IMG/VR virus record: IMGVR_UViG_3300028895_000122
From: a virus
Length of the DNA: 64,000 nucleotides
Reading direction: 5' to 3' (one strand)
Shown one piece after another: positions 1-8,135 of the stretch. Each line of letters starts with the position of its first letter. Position 1 is the stretch's first letter. The notes below the pieces were generated by a model. The model was not told where the DNA came from, searched no databases, and saw only the letters and a program-made list of their open reading frames with translations. A program made the position numbers and the translations under genes.

Positions 1-173
1 AAGCTAACATCATATTCATCGCCTGTTGCTAGGTTAGGATCAGTTGCTGCTGCCGGAAATTTATGAATACCTTCTCTTTGGAAAGTAACCCATATCATTT
101 TACTGGCACCGTTTCTACGATGTTGTATTATATCAAACTGTGCTTGTGCTCTTGCGTTGTCTATATCACTCAT
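1..173 (-). CDS. hypothetical protein (partial, C-terminus beyond window)
   Basis: ATG at 173-171 overlaps stop of upstream gene (ATGA). Frame stays open to window edge (MSDIDNARAQAQFDIIQHRRNGASKMIWVTFQREGIHKFP...). Not in ORF track because it is incomplete. Confidence 0.35.
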   Translation of the reverse strand, partial: MSDIDNARAQAQFDIIQHRRNGASKMIWVTFQREGIHKFPAAATDPNLATGDEYDVS

Positions 174-685
174 ACTTCTATATCGCCTGTATATTCACTC
201 CAGTGTGTGAAGGTACTACGATCCATTAAATCTCTTACGCTATGAACCCATACACCTGGATTAGTTTGTTTTTCGGGATCGTCATCTATTTTAAGAACAG
301 CATTGTAACCAAGTTGGTCAATGTATTCCATTCTAACAGCGATCATTGGTATAAAGTTATTATACTCTACCAATGACGATTCGAGCAAGTCTGTCATGTG
401 TTGAACGGGAATATCTAATGTACAAACATATCCTTGATCAAGAAAATGCCTAATAGGTTTATCCCATTCCATCCATTGATCATAAAGTTCTAAACTTTCT
501 GTTAATCTAAAACTCTGATTTGCTGCGAAGTATAAGTGTTCTATAGTTGGCATATTAGCATTAGCTAGTACGTCTTCGATTTCTGCTTGGTTAGGAACCC
601 CAACAATAAACAATGTTTCTTTACCATGCATTGGTGTGTTTTCTACTTCGATACCTGTAAAGTATTTTACATTCATTCTATCCAT
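170..685 (-). CDS. hypothetical protein (172 aa)
   Basis: ORF-track ORF 170..739. The ATG at 685 has a GAGGT Shine-Dalgarno 5 nt upstream and abuts the stop of the TGT-like gene. The 739 start would overlap it. Confidence 0.5.
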   Translation of the reverse strand: MDRMNVKYFTGIEVENTPMHGKETLFIVGVPNQAEIEDVLANANMPTIEHLYFAANQSFRLTESLELYDQWMEWDKPIRHFLDQGYVCTLDIPVQHMTDLLESSLVEYNNFIPMIAVRMEYIDQLGYNAVLKIDDDPEKQTNPGVWVHSVRDLMDRSTFTHWSEYTGDIEV

Positions 686-686
686 T

Positions 687-2204
687 TTATACCTCAAATA
701 ATGATTCAAACGTTTGGTCTGAAACAACAGTGTGTTCACGTGGAGCAGGTTTCTCGACTACTAATGTAGGAATATCAAATTGGTCTGCCATAGTCTGAGC
801 ATTAACAGCTTTCTTACCACCCATACCACGTGCTCCAGCAATTCGCATAAACGTGTCGTGATAGAAATCTAGTATTGCTAATCTATCTTCATAATCTGGT
901 GCAGCAAATACAGCGTCAATGATATCGGTTATTGTAGTTCCATCGTTGGCAATAAGCATTGATGGATAGCAACCATTGTCATATGCTCTATTTGCTTGCT
1001 GTACAGCATTAATATGATGCCATACATTGTGACCCATCATTAATGCATAACTAAATGAATCCCAGCTTGTTTTACCTTCCTTGCCAATCTTATTTAGGTC
1101 ACCAGGTGCATATACACAAATATCATTGATTGCTAATTTCTCACTGATAGGACTATCATCAAACCGAGGATGGATACCATCACGTATAACAACGTCACGG
1201 AAGCTATCTGTGACATGAGCATAGGCTTTATTATCAGCAGTTGGATCCATGTTAAACTTCCATTTCTTGTGGAAGTCAGTTTCGGTGTGTGTATATAGTT
1301 GTCCGTTAGCAGTTGCTAGAAATGGACTTGCGCTGTCGAAGGATATAGTAAAATTGGGATTGTGGTGTCGACGTACTGCTCTTTGGACAGAGGTAAGCAA
1401 TGCTCCCCATTCAAGTTTACTTGTTCCTAAAAAGTGCATCCAGTCGTGTTTTCCTGTTTCGAGGAGACCGTCATGTATAATAGTGACAATACGCTTAAGA
1501 GCAAGATGGGGATCAGCCATATTAGCACCCCCCATTGCCCATCCTCGGAAGTAGTTTTTGTGTTTTGTTGGGTCATTATATTCCTTCATTATCTCGTACC
1601 ACTCATCGGCATCTGCATGATTAGATCCTTGTAGTACGTTTAAGAATTTAGCATCATTGAAACTATTTTCCATAAAGTATTCATGATTTGCTTTTGTAAC
1701 GTCGATAGCATCTTGTACAGTGTGAATATTTGTTTTAGCAACACTCTCTGGGTTATGTACAATCCATGTTGGTATATCAAGTGTCATACTATAATCACTT
1801 ACTTGACATAACCATTTAAGCACTGTAGAACGATACTTCTGTGCTTTCTTATCCATGTTCTTCCAATCTGCTTCCCACACACCTTTAGCAATCTGGAATC
1901 CACCTGAGTCTGCTAATAGTGTAGTATGATTGTCACGATTGCGAATCATGTACTCACCAGGTACATCTTTAGTAAGATCTAAGTTGGCATGACCTGCAGA
2001 ATATAATCCCCATTTGTATTGGAATAACCCTTCTTTGTCATTGAAGAAATTAAGCATCTCCATTTCTGGAATACCATTTGGCATTCGTGTATGCGGAACA
2101 TATTCTTCTGCTTGCTGCTTTCCTATATACGTTGCGTAAAAGGAACTAATAGCAGGCAAGTATATTGCATAATCTTTTTGTTCTGTTGTTAAGTCTGTGT
2201 TCAT
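687..2204 (-). CDS. tRNA-guanine transglycosylase (TGT/DpdA) family protein with C-terminal clamp-binding-like tail
   Basis: Ordered TGT-fold motifs: LADSGGFQ (catalytic Asp loop), SMTLDIPT (~AFDECTP), FLNVLQGS (~LFGIVQGG), GWAMGGAN (~GFAIGGLSVGE), HFLGTSK (~YLMGVGKP), ISFDSASPFLATANGQ (~GVDMFDCVLPTRSGRNGQ, nucleophile Asp). No CxCxxC zinc site seen. The protein ends TFESLFEV. Confidence 0.7.
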   Translation of the reverse strand: MNTDLTTEQKDYAIYLPAISSFYATYIGKQQAEEYVPHTRMPNGIPEMEMLNFFNDKEGLFQYKWGLYSAGHANLDLTKDVPGEYMIRNRDNHTTLLADSGGFQIAKGVWEADWKNMDKKAQKYRSTVLKWLCQVSDYSMTLDIPTWIVHNPESVAKTNIHTVQDAIDVTKANHEYFMENSFNDAKFLNVLQGSNHADADEWYEIMKEYNDPTKHKNYFRGWAMGGANMADPHLALKRIVTIIHDGLLETGKHDWMHFLGTSKLEWGALLTSVQRAVRRHHNPNFTISFDSASPFLATANGQLYTHTETDFHKKWKFNMDPTADNKAYAHVTDSFRDVVIRDGIHPRFDDSPISEKLAINDICVYAPGDLNKIGKEGKTSWDSFSYALMMGHNVWHHINAVQQANRAYDNGCYPSMLIANDGTTITDIIDAVFAAPDYEDRLAILDFYHDTFMRIAGARGMGGKKAVNAQTMADQFDIPTLVVEKPAPREHTVVSDQTFESLFEV

Positions 2205-2239
2205 AATATTATTATAACAAATATTGTTTATTAATGCTA

Positions 2240-2473
2240 TTATTTAGATAAATTTCTAATAGTTAAATATTTTTCCCATGCATCTTTTAATGCAGGATTG
2301 TTTTCGTGTGCATCCAAAAACATTTGTTCTAGTGCATTAACACGATCCATTAAACTATAGATAATAGGTCTCATATCATCGCCGGTCTTAGGTGCTTTAT
2401 ATACAGGATCACCATCTTGGTCGTAACCATCGAATCCATATTCAACATAATCACCGTCTACAGTATATGGCAT
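2240..2473 (-). CDS. hypothetical small protein, paralog family A (C-terminal HP.L.D.WE.Y motif)
   Basis: ENNPALKDAWEKYLTIRNL resembles the C-termini of 2793..3080 and 56699..56965. Confidence 0.4.
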   Translation of the reverse strand: MPYTVDGDYVEYGFDGYDQDGDPVYKAPKTGDDMRPIIYSLMDRVNALEQMFLDAHENNPALKDAWEKYLTIRNLSK

Positions 2474-2796
2474 TATTTTACCAACTTTTTGGTTGCTTGT
2501 AACTGCTTAAACATATCTAGTAACGTTGGGTTGGATTCGATTAACTCTGCTTCATCTAATACTACTTCAGTTAGAGCTCGCATACGTTCGTCGAGCATAT
2601 CCAGCCGTTTAACTATATAATCCATACGATTGATTACTTCATAAGTTACTGGATCTACATTATGTCTACTACCGCGGAATGATGTTTCGTGTTGTTTACG
2701 GAACTCGTCACGGGATATGTTTTTACGATACTCATCATAATCTATTGTCAATGACTGCTGCCACCAATCTCCTTCGTAAGGACTTTTAACGCTCAT
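2473..2796 (-). CDS. hypothetical protein
   Basis: ORF in packed minus-strand array with start/stop overlap to neighbours. No motif recognised. Confidence 0.4.
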   Translation of the reverse strand: MSVKSPYEGDWWQQSLTIDYDEYRKNISRDEFRKQHETSFRGSRHNVDPVTYEVINRMDYIVKRLDMLDERMRALTEVVLDEAELIESNPTLLDMFKQLQATKKLVK

Positions 2797-3080
2797 GGTG
2801 CAGGCTCCTCTTCATGCTTTTCTTTCTCTTTTGCTAATGTAAGCATAACTTGGAATTGTTCCCATGCATCCTGTATTGCTGGATGTTTTTTAATTAATGC
2901 TTGATCTCGCATTCTCTCGGCTTCTATTAGAAGAACTTTATTTTCCAAGTCAGTAAATCGTTGCATAAAAGTAGGATTATCGTTAATAGTAACTTCGATA
3001 CCGGGCATTCCGTCACTTGTACTGTAATCTTGTATCCTGTCTACATTAATCATTTGCGAATATGAATTAAGTTTTATCAT
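2793..3080 (-). CDS. hypothetical small protein, paralog family A
   Basis: C-terminus KKHPAIQDAWEQFQVMLTLAKEKEK matches KHPGLQDLWEQYQAMLRLVE of 56699..56965. Confidence 0.4.
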   Translation of the reverse strand: MIKLNSYSQMINVDRIQDYSTSDGMPGIEVTINDNPTFMQRFTDLENKVLLIEAERMRDQALIKKHPAIQDAWEQFQVMLTLAKEKEKHEEEPAP

Positions 3081-3342
3081 CGTAACTCCATTTGAGTTTT
3101 GCTAGTGTAGCATCTTTCTCGCTTTCTAAGTGTATAATTGATGTCCAGGCACCGGGCATAATATAATAACTACCTTCACAATGTTCTGCACACCAGTCTT
3201 CTATTTCTTCTGTTGTATGAGAATGAAAATCAAAACGTACTTTATATGGCCATTGTGATTTAACTCTGGTGGCTAATAGTCGTCTTAGATTTTCACCACC
3301 ATCCTTTTCTTTTAACATTGCAAAGGTGAGTTCTTTTATCAT
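3067..3342 (-). CDS. hypothetical protein
   Basis: Packed-array ORF. Contains a HCEGSYYIMPGAW segment. No motif recognised. Confidence 0.4.
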   Translation of the reverse strand: MIKELTFAMLKEKDGGENLRRLLATRVKSQWPYKVRFDFHSHTTEEIEDWCAEHCEGSYYIMPGAWTSIIHLESEKDATLAKLKWSYDDKT

Positions 3343-4070
3343 TTACTCTGCGCTGGTAAGATATATGTGTAAGTTGCAATACCACTATCAACAGTAATTT
3401 CACATGCACCCTGATCACTAAATCTAACAGTTTTGTCACCTGTTAAATCCATAATCTTAATAAAGTGTGCAACTGGCCATAACCATTCTTGTTTTAAGTT
3501 GCCGGTGATATCAGTCTGGAATACAAACTCACCTGCGTGTGTAGAATGATCACCAAAATAGAATTTTAAGTTACCATCTTCTGTTTTTGATTTAAAAGTG
3601 ACTTCTTCACTATTTGCTGTGGCCTGCATTTTCATACGCTGAATACCTGCAATAGTTGGTTCGAACTCCACATTCCAGCTTGCACCTTTGAATTTAACTG
3701 CTTTAAGTTTTTCGTCGATGATTTCTTTAACCATAAAACGATAATCGTTTTTAAAGTCACCTGCATCGTTTTCGAAGTGCATGCCTACTGGCATTTCTTC
3801 ACCATTGCGGTCTTGACGTTTAATTGTAATGTTTGCATCTTCGCGATATGGCTCTAAGCCAAGTAAGATTTTAAGTTTGCCCAAGTTAGGCATACCAAAT
3901 GTGCCGATAAATTCTGCAATTGGATTAGCAAACTCTGCACTAATTACAACAGAACGATCTTCTGCAAGACCGTCGACTATTGTTTCTTTATCTGAACCTG
4001 TGATTTTGATTAGGTCGATAACTCCTAAATCATAAGTGTGCTCTACTAAGTCTAGTAAGTAATCACGCAT
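3339..4070 (-). CDS. hypothetical acidic protein; possible sliding-clamp (gp45-like) candidate
   Basis: 243 aa, acidic, first gene behind a perfect early promoter and next to the polymerase genes. Only weak resemblance to gp45 (LGKLKILLGL vs LNGFLGILSL; MKMQ). The call rests mainly on size and context. Confidence 0.25.
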   Translation of the reverse strand: MRDYLLDLVEHTYDLGVIDLIKITGSDKETIVDGLAEDRSVVISAEFANPIAEFIGTFGMPNLGKLKILLGLEPYREDANITIKRQDRNGEEMPVGMHFENDAGDFKNDYRFMVKEIIDEKLKAVKFKGASWNVEFEPTIAGIQRMKMQATANSEEVTFKSKTEDGNLKFYFGDHSTHAGEFVFQTDITGNLKQEWLWPVAHFIKIMDLTGDKTVRFSDQGACEITVDSGIATYTYILPAQSK

Positions 4071-4095
4071 TTAAAATTCTCCTATTTAATAATTT

Positions 4096-4124
4096 ATTAT
4101 AGTGTCACGTAACATATATGTCAA
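4096..4124 (-). promoter_or_regulatory. sigma70-type early promoter P1 (TTGACA-N17-TATAAT)
   Basis: Minus strand reads TTGACA tatatgttacgtgacac TATAAT, followed by aaattattaaaTAGGAGaattttaaaATG at 4070. Confidence 0.6.
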
Positions 4125-4129
4125 CGTAT

Positions 4130-5101
4130 TTAGATTACTTTGGATGGATCCGTAATAACCTGTGCTAATTCTTGACCACCACGCACTGATGTTAATTCGC
4201 CTGGTACCTTAACTTCAAACCAAGCAACATTGTCGTCTGGATAATTAACTTGATTAAGTAATTCAAAATCAAGTTTTTCTAATAATACCTTTAATAATCT
4301 ACCAGGTGTATATGTGTTCATCATATTTTCTGCATTGCGTACACCAGCAGTATAATCGCAATCATTATATGTAAACACAATAATTCCACCAGGCTTTAGA
4401 TATCTTTTTAGTTCTATTAGATAATCTTCGATAGCTTCAAGTGGCATATAGTTGAAATAATCATAAAGAACAATTAGACCAAGTTGATTCTCTGGCACAT
4501 TATGTACCTTATGATCACGTGTTTCTTCTATATTAAGATATCTAATTCTTTTCTGAAACTCAGGAGTCCATAGTTGTTTAACTTCATCAAACAATGACAT
4601 ATGAGTATCACCAATATACAACGGAGTACATGTTATCAATGGATCAACAAATTCTCCAGATTCTGGTCTAATAAATAATGCTGATCGTTTCCAATCAGCA
4701 TGAGTCTCGAGCCGGCCTATAAAGTGTTCTTTAACCTTGTCTCGTTTAATACATGGAAAGTTTTGATATCGTTCTTTAACATACTCGTGAGTATCATGCT
4801 CTTTAGCAGTATCGTACCACTCGTAACTTTGTTGAATTAATGGTTTTTCGAGTTCGTAAATAATGTCAGACATATCACTTTTATATTGTTCTAACATTTT
4901 ATCAAACTCATTGAGGTGTTGAGTTATTTTGGCTCCCATACCAACCATATCTGTTTGGTCACAAGCTAACCCAATATCTTGTGCTGATACATCACCTAAA
5001 ATTTTAGATAATTCAGTATTAACATATTGTGTTAACTCATTGACGTGCCATTGCTCAACTGCTGTACGATAACTTACTAAATCACTTAATTTCATTTTCA
5101 A
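4130..5101 (-). CDS. hypothetical protein, possible degenerate class-I methyltransferase-like fold
   Basis: ATGA overlap with the polymerase C-fragment. A C-terminal LKPGGIIVFTYNDCD resembles a post-motif MTase segment. No GxGxG motif I was found. Confidence 0.35.
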   Translation of the reverse strand: MKMKLSDLVSYRTAVEQWHVNELTQYVNTELSKILGDVSAQDIGLACDQTDMVGMGAKITQHLNEFDKMLEQYKSDMSDIIYELEKPLIQQSYEWYDTAKEHDTHEYVKERYQNFPCIKRDKVKEHFIGRLETHADWKRSALFIRPESGEFVDPLITCTPLYIGDTHMSLFDEVKQLWTPEFQKRIRYLNIEETRDHKVHNVPENQLGLIVLYDYFNYMPLEAIEDYLIELKRYLKPGGIIVFTYNDCDYTAGVRNAENMMNTYTPGRLLKVLLEKLDFELLNQVNYPDDNVAWFEVKVPGELTSVRGGQELAQVITDPSKVI

Positions 5102-6084
5102 AACTCGAATAAACTTTCAAATGTATTGCTAGTATCAGTTGCTGCTGCCAAATCCCATTCTAGTACACCTAATAGATTGTCAACCTTCTGATCAATGATT
5201 GTACTTTCCATTAAGTTATCATCAAACGGCAACTCTTTATACCACTCGGGTAAGTGTGCTTCATCTGTTGGATAACCGATGCTAGTCCATCCTAACGGAT
5301 TTTGTTTTAATTTACATACAATGGTTTTCATACCATCTACAATTTGCATGGTATAATTATCATTATTCATTTTGCGTAAAGTATTCCAATTTAATGCTGC
5401 TCGTACATGCCCGGGCATGTTAGCTTTACCTTGCGCTTTCTCCATATTACCGTATTTGGTTAAGTTGTTAACACGTTTTGGTGTTCCTTTTTCCCAACTA
5501 GGCTTTTCGTGGAATTCATTCTTAAATTCTTTAATTTCTTCGATTAATTCTTCTCTAGTTGAACCTGTTAGTAGACTATTTAGAATATTGCTCAAAAAGT
5601 CTTGTACTACCTTTGGCGTGTCGGAGCGTTTAAGGTCTAAGCCCATTGCTTTTACTTTGCCTGGCTTACCATCTACATCTTTGCGTTCGCCTTCGTCATC
5701 AACCACCATAATAGCATATCGCTTTTTCGTAATAAAAAGTCCACTACTGCCAACCACTTCTCGTCCACACGCAATAATTTCACCGTACGATTGTGGACAA
5801 TGAAATGCCCTCTTAGCAAACGCAGGAAAGGAGTCATTGACTTGTTGCCCAAGCTCGTCGTATAACGCGATCGCAACATCAGTGTTCCATTCTTGATCTC
5901 CTCTCTCAACTGCCTCCTTGACAACCGGCCAAGCAGAGAAATAAGCCGAGTCAGTGTTATGTACAAGCGATCCGTTTGCAAAAAAGAACGGATCCTGGTC
6001 AGCCATTGACACATCATAAACATACTCCTCTGTTGTATCTAACTTTTCTACGGATTTAACTCGTTGTCTTTTTAATTCAATCAT
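5098..6084 (-). CDS. 43: DNA polymerase (family B, gp43) C-terminal fragment carrying a C-intein
   Basis: It begins MIELKRQRVKSVEKLDTTEEYVYDVSMADQDPFFFANGSLVHN (intein blocks F/G ending HN), then TDSAYF, which completes YGD|TDS motif C. A 285-aa C-extein follows. The protein ends NTFESLFEF, a clamp-binding-like tail. Confidence 0.85.
   Translation of the reverse strand: MIELKRQRVKSVEKLDTTEEYVYDVSMADQDPFFFANGSLVHNTDSAYFSAWPVVKEAVERGDQEWNTDVAIALYDELGQQVNDSFPAFAKRAFHCPQSYGEIIACGREVVGSSGLFITKKRYAIMVVDDEGERKDVDGKPGKVKAMGLDLKRSDTPKVVQDFLSNILNSLLTGSTREELIEEIKEFKNEFHEKPSWEKGTPKRVNNLTKYGNMEKAQGKANMPGHVRAALNWNTLRKMNNDNYTMQIVDGMKTIVCKLKQNPLGWTSIGYPTDEAHLPEWYKELPFDDNLMESTIIDQKVDNLLGVLEWDLAAATDTSNTFESLFEF
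5956..6084 (-). other. split-intein C-fragment (43 aa) at the N-terminus of the polymerase C-fragment
   Basis: VYDVSM...NGSLVHN immediately precedes the +1 Thr of TDS. Confidence 0.7.
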
Positions 6085-6293
6085 TTTGAAAACCTTAATC
6101 TAAACCATATAGCATCTTCTTCTTTTTCGAACCACCATCTGGTATTGGTATAGTGGTTATAGAATCTGCCATCTGAGTCATGTTCTCTACACCACTTACC
6201 TGCTTCGTTGATCATGTCCCTTGGTGGTGGTGGAGATGTATACCATTCTGATCGTCTGGTATTTTTTAATTCTGCTGTATTATCCCACTTCAT
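6081..6293 (-). CDS. hypothetical small protein (between polymerase halves)
   Basis: Packed ORF. No motif recognised. Confidence 0.3.
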   Translation of the reverse strand: MKWDNTAELKNTRRSEWYTSPPPPRDMINEAGKWCREHDSDGRFYNHYTNTRWWFEKEEDAIWFRLRFSK

Positions 6294-6294
6294 C

Positions 6295-6516
6295 TTAATT
6301 CACACATACAACATTAATTGGTAGTTCTTCGTCTGTTGCATATTCTTCTGGAAAGAACTCATCGTCTTCAGACCAATGTCCTATTGTCGGTGCAAAATAA
6401 ATTGGATTATAACCATTGCCTTCGTCATCGATAGAAGCACATACTTCTAATTCTGCATAATCTGGGTTATTGTCTATAATTTTTTGTAGACCTTCTATAT
6501 ATTCTTTAAGTTTCAT
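6295..6516 (-). CDS. hypothetical small protein (between polymerase halves)
   Basis: Packed ORF, acidic. No motif recognised. Confidence 0.3.
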   Translation of the reverse strand: MKLKEYIEGLQKIIDNNPDYAELEVCASIDDEGNGYNPIYFAPTIGHWSEDDEFFPEEYATDEELPINVVCVN

Positions 6517-6748
6517 TATCGTTTACCTGTAATAGTTTAACGGTATGCTCGCATATCTGTAATTCTTTTATCAGATGATCATGTCTTGCAACCATCTTTT
6601 CGTAATTTTGATACATTTGATGTGACCATGAGATAAATTCATTTATTTTGTCGTCACCTCCGCGAGCTAGTTCGGCTGCAAGTTCTGTTGGAAATAATCT
6701 TAGATCTGCGGCATAATGATATTGTGGTAACCAAGATTTAGTTCCCAT
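6506..6748 (-). CDS. hypothetical small protein (between polymerase halves)
   Basis: Packed ORF. No motif recognised. Confidence 0.3.
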   Translation of the reverse strand: MGTKSWLPQYHYAADLRLFPTELAAELARGGDDKINEFISWSHQMYQNYEKMVARHDHLIKELQICEHTVKLLQVNDNET

Positions 6749-7004
6749 CGTTTACGCTCAAATCTTGAATTGCTCTAGATAATATTTCTGACAAGTCGTG
6801 GAATCTAGGATCATCACCTTTGTCTAAAGTCGTACAGCATTCCGCGATTGCCCACCCTAATGCTTGAATTCTTTCTTGTTCTATATAATTTACTAATTTA
6901 TAGTATGCTGTTGTGGTTGGGTAAATACCATGCTCATCAGGGTGATCAAGCATTTCGCTAACGATATCACATACTACTTGTCTGTCTTTATCCATTCTAT
7001 ACAC
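6738..7004 (-). CDS. hypothetical small protein (between polymerase halves)
   Basis: Packed ORF. No motif recognised. Confidence 0.3.
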   Translation of the reverse strand: MYRMDKDRQVVCDIVSEMLDHPDEHGIYPTTTAYYKLVNYIEQERIQALGWAIAECCTTLDKGDDPRFHDLSEILSRAIQDLSVNDGN

Positions 7005-7951
7005 CTTTCTATAGTTTCTTTTATGTTATTCTTAAATTCTGATTCCCATATCACTAAAGTAGGAATACTTCTTTCTTTGAATAACGCATCAATTTTTTCT
7101 TTATCTTTTTTCCAAATATCTTCGGCAAGTAAATCTGCCTGACTATGATAATAGTTTACACTATATTTCTCTGGATTGCAATGCCAATAATCACCATTAA
7201 ACTCTATTGCTCGTCCTTTATGTACAATATCGTAGAAATTTGGTTTATTGTTAGCATACACACAATATTGTTTGGTATTGGCAGAATATTCTAAAGTTTC
7301 TCCTAAATTTAATTCTATTTGTTTAATAAACTCTAATTCTAAATCACTTACATAACCGCCAGTATTGTATTCACTTCGTATTTGCACGGCTTCTTCTACT
7401 GAACAATTATGTCTATTTTGGATTGAATCTATTGTATGTGATTTACCCTTGCATATTTCTATATATTTTTGGTTACCTTCTTCTACACCATATTTTTCAA
7501 TAAAGTATTCTTTAGTGTTAGTATATGCTTGTCTATCACAATAGGCAATCCATCTTTGCGATCCTTCTTCCTCTCCGTATTTAGATATTAAATTCTCTAA
7601 CGTAACAGCACGAGAACGGTTAAATTCCTTAAATTCTTCTTCGCTCCAACCATATCGTTCTTTTTTATATTCGTACGAGTTCGACTTGCGTTGTTTTTCG
7701 ACATAGTTTTGCCATGCTTTTTCACCTTCTACTTTTCCGTATTTCTCGACGAGATTATCTCGTGTTATCGCTGTTTTCTTTGCTAATTCCGCATCAACTA
7801 ACTGAGCATTTGGATATGCTTGTTTATATTCTGTTCCATTCTTAAACTTTCCTGTACACTTGTAAGCAAAGTGAGTCCATTGTAATCTTGGTGCTGTAAA
7901 ACCACATTCTAAACATTTTGGCATTATGGTGCTTCTCCTATCCGCATACAA
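6974..7951 (-). CDS. putative homing/selfish endonuclease: Zn-finger N-terminus, three EKYG.EEG repeats, C-terminal Vsr/DUF559-like PD-(D/E)XK domain
   Basis: An N-terminal CLECG...KC cysteine cluster. Repeats LVEKYGKVEGEKAW, LISKYGEEEGSQRW and FIEKYGVEEGNQKY. The C-terminal GRAIEFNGDYWH...PTLVIWESEF is similar to the Vsr/DUF559 ...RFWEHE end. It lies inside the split-polymerase locus. Confidence 0.5.
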   Translation of the reverse strand: MYADRRSTIMPKCLECGFTAPRLQWTHFAYKCTGKFKNGTEYKQAYPNAQLVDAELAKKTAITRDNLVEKYGKVEGEKAWQNYVEKQRKSNSYEYKKERYGWSEEEFKEFNRSRAVTLENLISKYGEEEGSQRWIAYCDRQAYTNTKEYFIEKYGVEEGNQKYIEICKGKSHTIDSIQNRHNCSVEEAVQIRSEYNTGGYVSDLELEFIKQIELNLGETLEYSANTKQYCVYANNKPNFYDIVHKGRAIEFNGDYWHCNPEKYSVNYYHSQADLLAEDIWKKDKEKIDALFKERSIPTLVIWESEFKNNIKETIERCIEWIKTDK

Positions 7952-7986
7952 TTATTTATCATTTATCTTTCTAAATAAATAGTTTT

Positions 7987-8135
7987 ATGCGAATTAAAGA
8001 AGTCACAAAAAAGGTTGTTAAAGATGACGCAGACTATAACAATGATGTTATGTCTGGCCATCAAAAGCCTATTCCCGAACTTACACCTGCTCAAGTCAAA
8101 AAAGCAAAAGCCCTCAAAAAGATTAAGAATCTATA
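7987..8135 (+). CDS. possible small Lys-rich ORF (49 aa), opposite strand
   Basis: ATG..TAG open frame MRIKEVTKKVVKDDADYNNDVMSGHQKPIPELTPAQVKKAKALKKIKNL in the gap between the HEG-like gene and the polymerase N-fragment. It overlaps the polymerase stop and has no clear SD. Confidence 0.15.

Noticed and set aside
1-173. Partial ORF considered as a QueD-like 6-carboxytetrahydropterin synthase (F.....H.FP resembles QueD FxFxAAHRLP)
   Set aside because: The obligatory CxxxHGH zinc motif that should follow within ~15 residues is absent from the visible part. Similarity is limited to about 5 residues.
63-245. Plus-strand ORF 63..245
   Set aside because: It is antisense to the coupled minus-strand genes (1..173 and 170..685) and has no SD.
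1249-1634. Plus-strand ORFs (1249..1554, 1434..1634, and similar ones at 8559..9056, 9672..10040, 36464..36988, 49954..50474)
   Set aside because: They lie antisense inside well-supported minus-strand genes, with low-complexity translations and no SD. They are shadow ORFs.
2205-2219. TGTTATAAT extended -10 exactly 6 nt before the ATG of the TGT-like gene (leaderless mRNA idea); similar TATAAT-7-ATG before the TctA-like gene (24170..24175) and CATAAATA-7-ATG before the NMNAT gene (16531..16538)
   Set aside because: AT-only hexamers are expected ~90 times by chance in an AT-rich 64-kb sequence and cluster near AT-rich start regions. Without a -35 or mapped 5' ends, the leaderless interpretation is not supportable.
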